Shown in pieces: positions 1 to 10,723 of a stretch of 64,000 nucleotides of DNA. Made by a program: the position numbers and the translations under genes. The notes beneath the pieces are model-generated. The model made no database searches. It was not told the DNA's origin and saw only the letters and a program-made list of their open reading frames with translations. Within the stretch, counting starts at the first letter, position 1. Each line of letters begins with the position of its first letter. Source of the DNA: a virus (lineage: Duplodnaviria; Caudoviricetes); the IMG/VR virus record IMGVR_UViG_3300032011_002031, positions 6,277 to 70,276 of that record. One strand, 5' to 3'.

Positions 1-1
1 A

Positions 2-514
2 TTGATAAAAGATTTTTGTTATTGGAATAAACCATTAGCTGGTAATGAAATACACGAGATTCATAATAATTATGGTATAAATTATTTAGCATCACAAGGA
101 CAATATAGTTCTGCAGATAATTTAAAAATATGTTATGATATGAAAAATATAGTTCTTGACCACGAATATGATTATTCACACGGAAAAGTTATAGATTTAG
201 CAAATCCTACAGAACAGAGAATGTATGCAAAAACATTTGAATGTATTCCTAAATCAGAAATGGAAATGGAAAATAAAAAGATTGTAAAACCATATCGAAG
301 AGATTGTACATTTAAATTATTAAAACACACAACAGAGGGATTTAAGGATGGTAATTGGAAAACTGAATCTACTCGTTTAAATCAACATAGATATTATGAT
401 AGTGTTGCAAACAATGAAACTAATTTAGAAACTGATGGGTTAACTACATTACACTTTGAAGAAGTAAATGAAAAGACAACAAGGAACATTACAGAATTAA
501 AGGTTACTTTATGA
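2..514 (+). CDS. 5'-truncated GT7-like glycosyltransferase/lectin hybrid (C-terminal part)
   Basis: Parallels the C-terminal half of the next ORF (lectin-like YD..K..DL segment, then RR....H...R.N...Y and DGL.L as in GT7 C-termini). Confidence 0.55.
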   Translation: MIKDFCYWNKPLAGNEIHEIHNNYGINYLASQGQYSSADNLKICYDMKNIVLDHEYDYSHGKVIDLANPTEQRMYAKTFECIPKSEMEMENKKIVKPYRRDCTFKLLKHTTEGFKDGNWKTESTRLNQHRYYDSVANNETNLETDGLTTLHFEEVNEKTTRNITELKVTL

Positions 515-1935
515 AGTTAGGTATTTGTATTCCATATAGAGATACGGGTGACGGAGTAAGAAAAAAACATTTAGATACATTAGTTCCATACTTAGAAGAG
601 TTTTTTGGTAAACGAAATATTGATTTTAGAATTTATGTAGGACACCAAGTAGATGATAAACAATTTAATAGAAGTGGTACAAAAAATGTAGCATTTCTTG
701 CAGCTAAAGAAGATGGTTGTGATTATGTAGCGTTTCACGATGTGGATATGTTACCAACAGAAGATGTTGATTATTCATATCCAGGTGAGACACCAAAACA
801 AATTGCTGCATATCTATCACAATGGGATTATACTTTACGAGATGTAGAATACTTTGGTGGGGTAGTGTTGTTCACGATAGAACAATTTGAAGCAGTTAAT
901 GGATACCATACTAACTATTGGGGTTGGGGTATGGAAGATGATGATTTATTTTGGAGATGTTATCTAAAAGGATATTATAAACCAGAATTAGTTCCAGGCC
1001 CTGGTCATAAAAAAGTTTTACAATTTGATGGGTTCACTACATATATTGAAGTACAACCAAGTACTACTTTAAATGAAGTACCAGAAAAATCTTTTAATGT
1101 AGAGATGATGGTAAAGGGTGAGGTTAAATCAGATGAAGAAGAATATCTAATAGGAAATGATAATTCACAATTTATAAAGTATCCAATATTATGTAAACAA
1201 GGTTGGGATTTTGATATTGCGTATAATAATTCACGAGCATATTCAACATCATTATGGACTTGGAAAAATGAACATATGTATAGTTGGGTAAAACGATATT
1301 CTGGTTTATGGAGTAAAGTAAATTTAGAAGTTAATGTACGAGGTGGATATAGAAAATTATATATTAACGATGTACAATATGATGAAAAGTTTGGAATACA
1401 ACAAACAGAACAAAAAATTGATGATAGGTTAAAACGATATCCACCAAGACCATTTTACATTGGTAGAAATGCACCAAACTCGTGGGGAAATATTAGAAAC
1501 TTTTTTAAGGGTGAAATGGCGTATATAAAAATTTATAATCATCAAAATAAATTAATTCTACATTATGATTTTGATAAATCATACAAAGGAAATAAAGTAT
1601 TAGATTTAAGTGGTTGTGGAAATCACGGAAAGTTGTTTTTGTATGAGGGAAAAATTAAAAAAGCAGATATATCGAACTTAATGAATACTCTTGTACCAGA
1701 TAGAAGATACGGAACTATGGAATGTATGCCACACGAAGATGAGGGTATTGTTGATAATAAGTTTAGTGGTGATATAAAAGCAACAGCAAGAAATGAAATG
1801 ATATATAGAAAGCATATGCAAAAAGGTGAAATAGATGTTGATAAAGATGAATATGGATTACACCAAATGAAATGTGAAATAGTTAATAAAGATGATATTT
1901 ATAATAGACATCAAATAGTAAATGTGAGGTTTTAA
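511..1935 (+). CDS. Family 7 (beta-1,4-galactosyltransferase-like) glycosyltransferase with an inserted ConA/LamG-like domain
   Basis: GT7 motifs IPYRD, FNR, FHDVD, GGV, NGY, WGWGMEDDDL; the central beta-rich part has LamG-like FYIGR, FKGEMAYIKIYN, LHYDFD, DLSGCGNHG. Confidence 0.8.
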   Translation: MKLGICIPYRDTGDGVRKKHLDTLVPYLEEFFGKRNIDFRIYVGHQVDDKQFNRSGTKNVAFLAAKEDGCDYVAFHDVDMLPTEDVDYSYPGETPKQIAAYLSQWDYTLRDVEYFGGVVLFTIEQFEAVNGYHTNYWGWGMEDDDLFWRCYLKGYYKPELVPGPGHKKVLQFDGFTTYIEVQPSTTLNEVPEKSFNVEMMVKGEVKSDEEEYLIGNDNSQFIKYPILCKQGWDFDIAYNNSRAYSTSLWTWKNEHMYSWVKRYSGLWSKVNLEVNVRGGYRKLYINDVQYDEKFGIQQTEQKIDDRLKRYPPRPFYIGRNAPNSWGNIRNFFKGEMAYIKIYNHQNKLILHYDFDKSYKGNKVLDLSGCGNHGKLFLYEGKIKKADISNLMNTLVPDRRYGTMECMPHEDEGIVDNKFSGDIKATARNEMIYRKHMQKGEIDVDKDEYGLHQMKCEIVNKDDIYNRHQIVNVRF

Positions 1936-3359
1936 TGTCAGGATACGACGACCAAGTAGCAGAAAATCCAGTCTTTCAAGCAACAAAAGACAAATTAGAT
2001 AGTGTAGGGTGTGGGATGTGTTTAGCAAAATGGACACAAGTAACTCTACAATTACAGACAGGACACAATCATTCCTGTCACCATCCAAAAACGCATAAAA
2101 TTAATAAACAAGAAATATTAAGAAATCCATCTGCACTTCATAACACTGGTTATAAGAAAAAACAAAGAAAAATGATGTTAGAGGGAAAACGACCACCTGA
2201 ATGTGAGTATTGTTGGAATGTAGAAGATAACTCGGATAGATTTTCAGATAGAGTATTTAAATCAGGTGAGTATTGGAGTTTACCACACTTTGATGAGATT
2301 GCAGCATCTGATTGGAGAGCAGATTACAATCCAAGATATGTAGAAGTTGCTTTCTCAAATGCTTGTAATTTCAAGTGTAGTTATTGTGGACCAGCATATT
2401 CTACTACTTGGCAAGATGAAGTTAATAATTATGGTGGTTATCCAACAAGTGATGGATTTAATGACCCAAGAGGTTTAGTTGCAGAAGATAAAGTTCCTAT
2501 ACCTAAAAGAGACCCAAATCCATATGTAGAAGCATTTTGGAAATGGTGGCCAGATTTATATCACGATTTACATACATTTAGAATCACGGGTGGAGAACCA
2601 CTATTATCAAAGGATACTTGGAGAGTTTTAGATTATATAATTGAACAAGAAGAACCAAATGATAATTTACAATTTGCAGTAAATAGTAATTTAGGTGCAC
2701 CAGATGTTTTAATTGATAAATTTATTGAAAAGATACAACGAATAGAAGATGAAGAAAGGGTTGGAGAATTTATTATATTTACATCAGTTGATACTTGGGG
2801 TAAACAAGCAGAGTATATTCGTGATGGATTAGAATTTAATAGATTTTGGGATAATCTAAATAAAATATTAGAAAAGTGTAATCGTGTAAATATGACTATT
2901 ATGTCTACATACAATTCACTATCAGTACCAAACTATGATAAGTTAATATACGAGATATATGATTTAAAAACAAAGTATGGTTCAGAGGATAGATATTGGA
3001 ACTCTGCAGTATTTTTAGATTCGAGTTATTTGAGATATCCAAGACATCAAGCGGTACAAGTATTACCAAATGAATTTGCTAAAAAAATATATAGACAAAC
3101 ACAATTAACCGAGTTTATGTCAACACCAAATTTTGAAACAAGATTGATTGGGTATTCTGATATTGAAGTTCAAAAATTAAAAAGAATATATGATTGGCAT
3201 TTATCTCGAAATTACGATGACCCACAAATTGTAGAAGATAGAAGAAACTTTTATAGATTTTTTAGTGAACACGACAGAAGAAGAAATACAAACTTTATAG
3301 AAACATTTCCTGAACTTGCAAGTTTTTATGAGGATTGTGAGAGGTTAGCTAGAAAATGA
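1935..3359 (+). CDS. Radical SAM protein with N-terminal twitch/SPASM-like Cys cluster
   Basis: CNFKCSYC (CX3CX2C) and GGEPLL; additional Cys/His in CGMC, SCHH, CEYC. Confidence 0.85.
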   Translation: MSGYDDQVAENPVFQATKDKLDSVGCGMCLAKWTQVTLQLQTGHNHSCHHPKTHKINKQEILRNPSALHNTGYKKKQRKMMLEGKRPPECEYCWNVEDNSDRFSDRVFKSGEYWSLPHFDEIAASDWRADYNPRYVEVAFSNACNFKCSYCGPAYSTTWQDEVNNYGGYPTSDGFNDPRGLVAEDKVPIPKRDPNPYVEAFWKWWPDLYHDLHTFRITGGEPLLSKDTWRVLDYIIEQEEPNDNLQFAVNSNLGAPDVLIDKFIEKIQRIEDEERVGEFIIFTSVDTWGKQAEYIRDGLEFNRFWDNLNKILEKCNRVNMTIMSTYNSLSVPNYDKLIYEIYDLKTKYGSEDRYWNSAVFLDSSYLRYPRHQAVQVLPNEFAKKIYRQTQLTEFMSTPNFETRLIGYSDIEVQKLKRIYDWHLSRNYDDPQIVEDRRNFYRFFSEHDRRRNTNFIETFPELASFYEDCERLARK

Positions 3360-4093
3360 AATTAAAGATAGTAGAAACACAGCCTTGGTATATACTACCA
3401 ACACAGAGATATGATTTAACAACGAGACCACCAAGTAAATCTATGCAAGGGGATTATACTTTCTTTTGTAGTTTTAAAGTTAATAAAAAAATAAAAACAA
3501 CAACACCTTGTTCTATAATGATGAGACCTGGAATGCATCACGGATTATGTTATGCACAAGACCCAGAAGCAATAAATTGGGAATATTGGTATAAAGATGA
3601 ATTGGGTGAAAATAAATTTGGATTTCTATCAGTTAATTTATCACAATATCATCCACAACATAAATTAGAAAATACTTGGTTTTGTGTTATTAGACATATC
3701 ACTAAGGATAAAGCATTTACACTTCACATATATGATGAGGATGGTAAACAAACAACAATGAAATCTGAATATAGTGGCGAGTTAATAAATTATTCTGGTA
3801 CACCATATAATTTTGGGTGTGGTAATTACTTTAAACAAGTTGATGATAGTCATTATTTTTTTGGTGATTACACAATGTTTAATGTGGGGATGATAGAAAG
3901 TTTAGACCACGATGATGAAGCAATACAAGAGTTTATTAGTATCAATAAGGATTCTTTTGATAAATTAGAAAAGAAAGGTAAATTAAATGAACTACTATTT
4001 TACTTTAACTTTAACAATACTAATATTTACAAAGCTTGGGATTTATCAGACCATTGTAATTTTTTAATGAAAAATGTGGATGTGTTCAAATGA
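3356..4093 (+). CDS. Stand-alone ConA/LamG-like protein
   Basis: Beta-rich; FNFGCG, FFGD and FYFNFN..KAWDLSDHCN resemble the lectin insert of 511-1935. Confidence 0.45.
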   Translation: MKLKIVETQPWYILPTQRYDLTTRPPSKSMQGDYTFFCSFKVNKKIKTTTPCSIMMRPGMHHGLCYAQDPEAINWEYWYKDELGENKFGFLSVNLSQYHPQHKLENTWFCVIRHITKDKAFTLHIYDEDGKQTTMKSEYSGELINYSGTPYNFGCGNYFKQVDDSHYFFGDYTMFNVGMIESLDHDDEAIQEFISINKDSFDKLEKKGKLNELLFYFNFNNTNIYKAWDLSDHCNFLMKNVDVFK

Positions 4094-4521
4094 TATTAAT
4101 ATCACATAGAGGAAATATAAACGGGCCAAGAAAAGAGTTAGAAAATAAACCACGATATATAAATCAAGCATTAGAATTGGGTTATGATGTAGAGATAGAT
4201 GTGTGGTGGAAAGATGATGGGTTTTGGTTGGGACACGATAAGCCACAATTTAAGGTTAATAGACAATTTTTACAAAATGATAAATTTTGGTGTCATGCAA
4301 AAAACATTGAAGCGTTTTATCATATGATTGATGATAAAAGAATACATTGTTTTTCTCACGATGAAGATGAGGTTGCATTAACATCAAGAGGATATTTTTG
4401 GTCAACAGCAGATAGTAAAATGACAGATAAAACTATTTGTGTTATGCCATCAACATTGGTAGAATTACCAAAGGGTATGGCAGGGATATGTTCTGATTAT
4501 GTAAGGAGTTATGATGAATAA
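4090..4521 (+). CDS. Glycerophosphodiester phosphodiesterase (GDPD/PI-PLC-like) small protein
   Basis: ISHRG, EN, VEIDVW, LGHD, WCHAKN, GICSD motifs. Confidence 0.65.
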   Translation: MILISHRGNINGPRKELENKPRYINQALELGYDVEIDVWWKDDGFWLGHDKPQFKVNRQFLQNDKFWCHAKNIEAFYHMIDDKRIHCFSHDEDEVALTSRGYFWSTADSKMTDKTICVMPSTLVELPKGMAGICSDYVRSYDE

Positions 4522-5359
4522 AAAAATAATAGTTTGTGATGGTGATAGTTGGACTTCAGGTGATATACTTGACCCTAAACTTGAAGAAATTGGTGAAACT
4601 TTTATAAACCACAAAGATAATGATGAGTATAGATTACCAAGAGTTTGGCCACATAAACTTGGTGAACTTACAGATACAGAAGTTTTAAATACAGCAGTTG
4701 CTGGTAGTTCTAATGATAGTATAGTTAGAAGAATTATACCACAAATATTAGAGTTATTGAAAACACATAAACCAGAAGATTTATTTGTAATCATTGGTTG
4801 GTCATCACCAGAAAGAAAAGATTTTTTTCTTAATGCACACCGAAAGTATATTACACCAAGATGGGAAACTTTATATCCAGCAGAATTAGAACAAGAACAA
4901 ATAAATGATGATATACAAAAATTTTACACTACTTACTTAAAATATTTTTGGAACATAGAAGAATTTGCAAATAGATATTTACAACAAGTATTGTTGGTAC
5001 ATAATTTTTTAACAAGTAAAGGAATTACTCATAAATTCTTTAATGCATTTTACGAAAGTTATGGAAAAGATTGGGGTGGAGATTTACACAAAAAATATTT
5101 TGATGCAAAACAAAGAGGATTGCCAGATGTTGGTACGCCAGAATTGCAAGAAGAAATGGAAGATTTGTATGGGATAGTAGATAATTTATTATTTGAAGAG
5201 TATATGAATATCTATGATAAAAATTATATAAAAGTTTCATTTAAAAGTCATTGTGATTCAATCACAAAAATATGGGGGGAGAAGTGGGATAACAATCACC
5301 CTAACGAAAAAATGCACGAACATTGGTCAGAATATCTCTATGGAGAACTTTTTAAATAA
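4511..5359 (+). CDS. SGNH/GDSL-like hydrolase or acyltransferase, paralog 1
   Basis: GDSWT (block I), GSSND (block II), IGWS, NHPNEKMH (block V). Confidence 0.7.
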   Translation: MMNKKIIVCDGDSWTSGDILDPKLEEIGETFINHKDNDEYRLPRVWPHKLGELTDTEVLNTAVAGSSNDSIVRRIIPQILELLKTHKPEDLFVIIGWSSPERKDFFLNAHRKYITPRWETLYPAELEQEQINDDIQKFYTTYLKYFWNIEEFANRYLQQVLLVHNFLTSKGITHKFFNAFYESYGKDWGGDLHKKYFDAKQRGLPDVGTPELQEEMEDLYGIVDNLLFEEYMNIYDKNYIKVSFKSHCDSITKIWGEKWDNNHPNEKMHEHWSEYLYGELFK

Positions 5360-6195
5360 TGAAACTATTACTATGTGATGGTGATAGTTGGACTGCTGGT
5401 GATATTGTAGACCCAAACTTATTTGGTGATAATTTAGCTGAAGTTCATCATCCAGATAATAACCAATATAGGTTACCAAGAGTTTGGCCACATAAGTTGG
5501 GAAAACTTTTAAATGTAGATGTTTTAAATCAAAGTATTGCTGGTAGTTCTAATGATGGTATAGTTAGGAGAGTATTAGTAAGAGTTAATAAATTACTTAA
5601 AGAATATAATTCAGATGATTTGTTTGTTTTAATTGGATGGTCATCACCAGAAAGACGAGATTGGTTTATTGATACTCAATGGAGAACTATGTATCCTGCA
5701 CAAATACATCAAGAATTTGATGTTCAAGCAATTGGAAAAAAATCTGAAGATTTAGCACAATTTTATAAAACATACTTAACACATTTTTGGGAAAAATCAG
5801 AATATATAGAAAGATACCTACAACAAACTTTATTACTGCATTACTATTTAAAAAATAAAAATATTAAACATATGTTCTTTGATGCTTTCTATGAAAAAAA
5901 AATTGTAAAGAAAAGTAAATGGTTTGAATCAAAAGGAGAATCAGAATTTACTGCAGGTGGAATGTATTGTGATGATGAAATACAAGAGGTTTTTTCTAAA
6001 GGTGTTATTTATGATGAGTTTAATTTAGTAAGAGATAATATATTTAAAGAAAAATCGTTTCGTAAATTTTTAATGATAGATAAGGAACATTTTGATGATA
6101 ACTTATGGGATGGGTTTCATCCAAACGAAAAAGGACACGAACTTTGGGCAAAAGAATTATATAAGGATATAAATGATAAAATTAATAATATTTGA
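5359..6195 (+). CDS. SGNH-like, paralog 2 (tandem duplicate of 4511-5359)
   Basis: Shares CDGDSWT, YRLPRVWPHKLG, AGSSND, IGWSSPER and FHPNEKGH with the upstream ORF. Confidence 0.7.
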   Translation: MKLLLCDGDSWTAGDIVDPNLFGDNLAEVHHPDNNQYRLPRVWPHKLGKLLNVDVLNQSIAGSSNDGIVRRVLVRVNKLLKEYNSDDLFVLIGWSSPERRDWFIDTQWRTMYPAQIHQEFDVQAIGKKSEDLAQFYKTYLTHFWEKSEYIERYLQQTLLLHYYLKNKNIKHMFFDAFYEKKIVKKSKWFESKGESEFTAGGMYCDDEIQEVFSKGVIYDEFNLVRDNIFKEKSFRKFLMIDKEHFDDNLWDGFHPNEKGHELWAKELYKDINDKINNI

Positions 6196-7540
6196 TTTAG
6201 ATGGTGTATTAGTAGATGCACGAGAGTTACATTATAATGCTTTAAACAAAGCACTTGAATCTATTGATAAAAAATTTATCATACCAAGAGATGAACACCT
6301 ATCTACATATGATGGATTATCCACCACTAAAAAATTAAATCTATTATCAGAAAATAAGAAGTTACCAAAAGAACTTCACGATAGTGTTTGGAGATTAAAA
6401 CAAGAAAAGACACGACAGATAATAGATGGGTTTAGTATTGATAGTAGGATACAAGGTATATTACGAAGTTTAAAATCTGAGGGATATATGATTGCCTGTG
6501 CAACAAACTCTATACGAGAAACTGCAAAACTACAATTAATAAGAAAAGGATTTTTTGAGTATATTGATTTTATGTACTCAAATCAAGATGTAACGAATCC
6601 AAAACCAAATTCAGAAATATATTTAAGATGTATGTTGAGAGCACAAGTTAATCCAAATGAAACATTAATCATAGAGGATTCACATATAGGTAGAAAAGGT
6701 GCAATTGCAAGTGGTGGAGTGTTGTGTGGGGTAAAGGATACAACGGATGTTACTTATGATAGGATTAAAAAATACATACAAGAATCTAATAGTGAGATAA
6801 AACCAAAATGGCAAGGTGGTAAAATGAATGTTTTAATTCCAATGGCAGGTGCTGGTTCAAGGTTTGAACAAGCAGGATATACATTTCCAAAACCAATGAT
6901 TGATGTAAATGGTAAACCAATGATACAAGTTGTAGTGGATAGTTTAAACATTGATGCAAAATATATTTATGTTGTTCAAAAAGAACATTATGAAAAATAT
7001 AATCTAAATCACTTTTTAAGATTAATAACACCAAATTGTGAAATAGTTCAGATAGATAAAATGACAGAGGGTGCTGCATGTACTACATTATTAGCAAAAA
7101 AATATATTGATAATGATGAACCACTCTTAATTGCTAATTCAGACCAATACATTGAGTGGGATAGTAATGAGTTTATGTACTCAATGGTAGCAGATGATAT
7201 AGATGGTGGTATATTAACTTTTACTGCATCACATCCTAAGTGGAGTTTTGCAAAATTAAACAAAGAGGGTTTTGTAGAGAAAGTTGCAGAAAAAGAACCT
7301 ATTAGTAATATAGCGACTGTGGGTATTTACTTTTATAGTAAGGGTAGTGATTATATAAAATATACCGAACAAATGATTGAACGAGATATCAGAACTAATA
7401 ATGAATTTTATGTTTGCCCAGTATTTAATGAAGCAATTCAAGATGGAAAGAAAATAAAAATTTATCATATTGATAAAGAACAAATGTGGGGTATGGGAAC
7501 ACCAGAAGATTTAAAAAGGTTTATTGATGAAAAATTTTAA
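6173..7540 (+). CDS. HAD phosphatase fused to a sugar-phosphate nucleotidyltransferase
   Basis: N-terminal FDLDGVL, TNS, KP, EDS..G (HAD motifs I-IV); C-terminal IPMAGAGSRF, PKPMI, EGAA, NSDQ, EK, GTPEDL. Confidence 0.85.
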   Translation: MIKLIIFDLDGVLVDARELHYNALNKALESIDKKFIIPRDEHLSTYDGLSTTKKLNLLSENKKLPKELHDSVWRLKQEKTRQIIDGFSIDSRIQGILRSLKSEGYMIACATNSIRETAKLQLIRKGFFEYIDFMYSNQDVTNPKPNSEIYLRCMLRAQVNPNETLIIEDSHIGRKGAIASGGVLCGVKDTTDVTYDRIKKYIQESNSEIKPKWQGGKMNVLIPMAGAGSRFEQAGYTFPKPMIDVNGKPMIQVVVDSLNIDAKYIYVVQKEHYEKYNLNHFLRLITPNCEIVQIDKMTEGAACTTLLAKKYIDNDEPLLIANSDQYIEWDSNEFMYSMVADDIDGGILTFTASHPKWSFAKLNKEGFVEKVAEKEPISNIATVGIYFYSKGSDYIKYTEQMIERDIRTNNEFYVCPVFNEAIQDGKKIKIYHIDKEQMWGMGTPEDLKRFIDEKF

Positions 7541-8279
7541 AAACATATACATAAATGGTTGTAGTTTTACAGCTGGACATACTTTAGAAGAAAAAGATAC
7601 TTGGCCTGAATTATTAAGTAAAAAATTAAATTTACAAAAAATTAATAAGTCAATAAATGGTCAATCTTTTGATTCTATATTTACAAATACAATTGCTCAC
7701 CTAAGTAACTTAGATTCTAATGATACTCTTGTAGTGATTGGTAACACTTGGCCAACGAGGTACTCAATACCATTTCAAAATTTAAATGTAAACATTACAC
7801 CCGCAGATATATGGGGACCAAAAGCAAAAACAAGTTTTTCAGATAAACTACATACAACCAGATTAGTATCACCATATGATATGAATTTAGATTGGGAGAT
7901 TCGAAAACAATATTTAGATGATGAGAACAATAGTACAAAACTTAAAAGGGGTTTAGATAAAGTTTGTATGTCATTTGTTAACTTTTATAAAAATTTAGTT
8001 AAATATGATAATGATTGGGAAAACAATCAAAAACTATATAATTATACAAAACTTTTAGCATTAAAATCTTTTTTAGAAGTAAATAAATTTAATTATAGGA
8101 TTGTAGATTTTATTGTACCGAAAGAAAAATTTGAAGTGTTTGATGTGGATAAACTTTATAATGATGATAACTATATTTATTTTGGTAAGGAGTGGAAAGG
8201 TAAGTATGTTGAGGGGCATCCAACAACAGAAGGTTGTATAAATATAAGTGAGGTTTTATATGATAGCTTTAATAGATAG
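7527..8279 (+). CDS. SGNH-like, paralog 3
   Basis: NGCSFTAG, SINGQS, GHPTTEG. ATG at 7527 preferred over TTG 7524. Confidence 0.65.
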   Translation: MKNFKNIYINGCSFTAGHTLEEKDTWPELLSKKLNLQKINKSINGQSFDSIFTNTIAHLSNLDSNDTLVVIGNTWPTRYSIPFQNLNVNITPADIWGPKAKTSFSDKLHTTRLVSPYDMNLDWEIRKQYLDDENNSTKLKRGLDKVCMSFVNFYKNLVKYDNDWENNQKLYNYTKLLALKSFLEVNKFNYRIVDFIVPKEKFEVFDVDKLYNDDNYIYFGKEWKGKYVEGHPTTEGCINISEVLYDSFNR

Positions 8280-9528
8280 ATTTAATCAAGTAAGTTTACA
8301 CGACCCACCACCAGATATCGCAGATATATATAAGGATGTCTCTGAAATAAATGAAATTGATAATCGTGGGTTTCCAATTTGTAGACCATTATTTAGTCAT
8401 TCGAGTTTACCAAATGAATTAGGTTTAGAAATTATAAATAGAAATGAATTTGATTTTAAATCAGAGTTTAGTTATTATGTGCATGTACATCACAATCAAA
8501 AGTTATGGGCAAAACATATTGATTTGATACCAGAACAAATTTTAAATGAAGTTAGAAAAGGTACTTGTTGGTTAATATTTGATAATACATTAGAGGGTCA
8601 TAGAATTGATGGTGATGAGTTATTAGTACCATTATATAAAAGTATTAATAAATTAAAATTACCACACGATAAAATTGTATTTATAACAAATGATTTAGAA
8701 GCAGAAGATACTCACAAAAAATTAAAAACATCAGATAAGATAAATATAATTTCATTTATGTGGAATGTACACGATGTAAAACGATTAGTTAATCATAAAT
8801 TTTTAAGAAGAAAAATTAATGTAAAACAAGAATTACAATATAAAGAAAAACATTTAAAGAAAATAAAACCATTTTTAAAAGTTAATCGTACTAATCGTGA
8901 AGAGCGAGATTTATTTATGTTGTTTATAGAACACGAAGAATTGTATAAAAAATTTAAAATTAGTTTTCCACAATTTACTGAACAAGTATATCATTCAGCA
9001 TTTAAAAAATATGTATCGAAAAAAACCATTGATGGTTTGATAAATAAAATACCATTTGATATTGATAAAACTGATAAAACAAATCACGGAGAACCAGGTT
9101 ATGGTGTAGGACAATTTAATGCAGATTTACCATTTCAACCAATACATTATAAGAATACTTTTGTTAGTGTGGTTATGTGTGCGTTTCCACATACAGAAAA
9201 TTGTTGTCACTTACATAGTTCTACTTTTAATCCAATTTATAGTGGACATCCAATTATACAATTTGGTCCTTACAAATCATTAGAAAGAATGAGAAAACTT
9301 GGATTCAAAACATTTGACAAATGGTGGGACGAAAGTTATGATGATGAACCTAATAGTTGGAAGCGATTACAAATGATTATGGATTTAACTTTAAAATTAA
9401 GTAAACTCAATAATGAGGAGTGGATAGAGATATTGTGGGATATGAAAACTATTTTACAACATAATACCGATTTAATTAATACTTATAGTATAGAGAAAGA
9501 GTTATATAAAAAGGTTTACAAAAAATGA
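8260..9528 (+). CDS. Hypothetical protein, possibly glycosyltransferase-like
   Basis: Long ORF coupled to its neighbours; C-terminal HPIIQFG...GFKTFDKWWDESYD; function not established. Confidence 0.45.
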   Translation: MIALIDRFNQVSLHDPPPDIADIYKDVSEINEIDNRGFPICRPLFSHSSLPNELGLEIINRNEFDFKSEFSYYVHVHHNQKLWAKHIDLIPEQILNEVRKGTCWLIFDNTLEGHRIDGDELLVPLYKSINKLKLPHDKIVFITNDLEAEDTHKKLKTSDKINIISFMWNVHDVKRLVNHKFLRRKINVKQELQYKEKHLKKIKPFLKVNRTNREERDLFMLFIEHEELYKKFKISFPQFTEQVYHSAFKKYVSKKTIDGLINKIPFDIDKTDKTNHGEPGYGVGQFNADLPFQPIHYKNTFVSVVMCAFPHTENCCHLHSSTFNPIYSGHPIIQFGPYKSLERMRKLGFKTFDKWWDESYDDEPNSWKRLQMIMDLTLKLSKLNNEEWIEILWDMKTILQHNTDLINTYSIEKELYKKVYKK

Positions 9529-10028
9529 GATATCCATTAACATTAATTAAAGAAAATGATGTGTGTGCCGAGATTGGTGTTTGGAAAGGAGAAACTTCAG
9601 AATTAATATTGAAGAAACATCCACAAAAATTACACTTAATTGACCCCTATATACACCAAGATTATATAGGTAGGAAGTATTCTATAGGTTACGGGTTTGA
9701 TGTGGATGAAATGTATGAGATGGTTACTGATAAATTTAAAAATAATGAAAATGTTGTTTTACATAGAGAAAAATCTATAGATGTTGATTTTCCAAACGAA
9801 TACTTTGATTGGATTTATATAGATGGAAATCATAGTTATGAAGAAGTATTAGCTGATTTAAATCACTATTATCCACTTGTTAAAAAAGGTGGTTATTTGT
9901 GTGGAGATGATTATGGTTGGACTGATGTAAATTGTAGTAAGGGCCCAAAACCTGCAGTAGATTATTTTGTTGAGAATAATAATTTGGAGATTGAAATTAA
10001 AGGTGTTCAATATGTTATACAAGTATGA
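9525..10028 (+). CDS. Class I SAM-dependent methyltransferase (Methyltransf_24-like)
   Basis: AEIGVWKG, LIDP, FDWIYIDGNHSY, KKGGYLCGDDY. Confidence 0.8.
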   Translation: MRYPLTLIKENDVCAEIGVWKGETSELILKKHPQKLHLIDPYIHQDYIGRKYSIGYGFDVDEMYEMVTDKFKNNENVVLHREKSIDVDFPNEYFDWIYIDGNHSYEEVLADLNHYYPLVKKGGYLCGDDYGWTDVNCSKGPKPAVDYFVENNNLEIEIKGVQYVIQV

Positions 10029-10723
10029 TTAACCACGAACATAAATTTATATTCTTACATATTCCAAAAAATGCTGGAACAAGTATTGCAAAAGCATTAA
10101 ATAGACAATGTGGAGTAACAGAACCATATGAATCATTTAGAATACATTCTGATGATTTTGATAAAAAAATATGGAAAGAATATTTTGTATTTACATTTGT
10201 ACGCAATCCTTTTGCAAGAATGTGGTCGCAGTACATATATCGAAATTGGTTATATGAAAAATATCCATTTAATGAAATCCTTGTAAATAATTTAGAACGA
10301 ATTTTTGATATTGAAATGGAACAAAAGGAATCGGGTAGATATTACTACGGACCTGGTGCATCAAGAGAAAATAAAATAAAAGATAGAGAAAAGATAACTG
10401 CATTCTTTTCTGAAAAGATACATTGTGCAACACAAACTGATTTTTTAAAGGGTATGTATAGTGATGGTGTAGATAAACGACCTTATATAGATTATGTAGG
10501 TAGAGTGGAAACATTACAAACTGATTTTGATTTTGTTTGTGATAAGATTGGGATTGATAGGATTAAATTACCAAGAGAAAATCGTTCTATTGGTGGTGCA
10601 GTTCATACGGGTATAGATAATTACTTAGATGCGTATGATGAAAATACTATAAGGAGTGTTGCTAAAAAATGTAGTGATGATATAAAGAATTATAAATATT
10701 ATTTTGAGGGTTTTGATGAATGA
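10025..10723 (+). CDS. Sulfotransferase (Sulfotransfer_2-like)
   Basis: 5'-PSB motif HIPKNAGTS, 3'-PB motif FVRNPFARMWS, and YVGRVETLQTDF. Confidence 0.8.
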   Translation: MINHEHKFIFLHIPKNAGTSIAKALNRQCGVTEPYESFRIHSDDFDKKIWKEYFVFTFVRNPFARMWSQYIYRNWLYEKYPFNEILVNNLERIFDIEMEQKESGRYYYGPGASRENKIKDREKITAFFSEKIHCATQTDFLKGMYSDGVDKRPYIDYVGRVETLQTDFDFVCDKIGIDRIKLPRENRSIGGAVHTGIDNYLDAYDENTIRSVAKKCSDDIKNYKYYFEGFDE

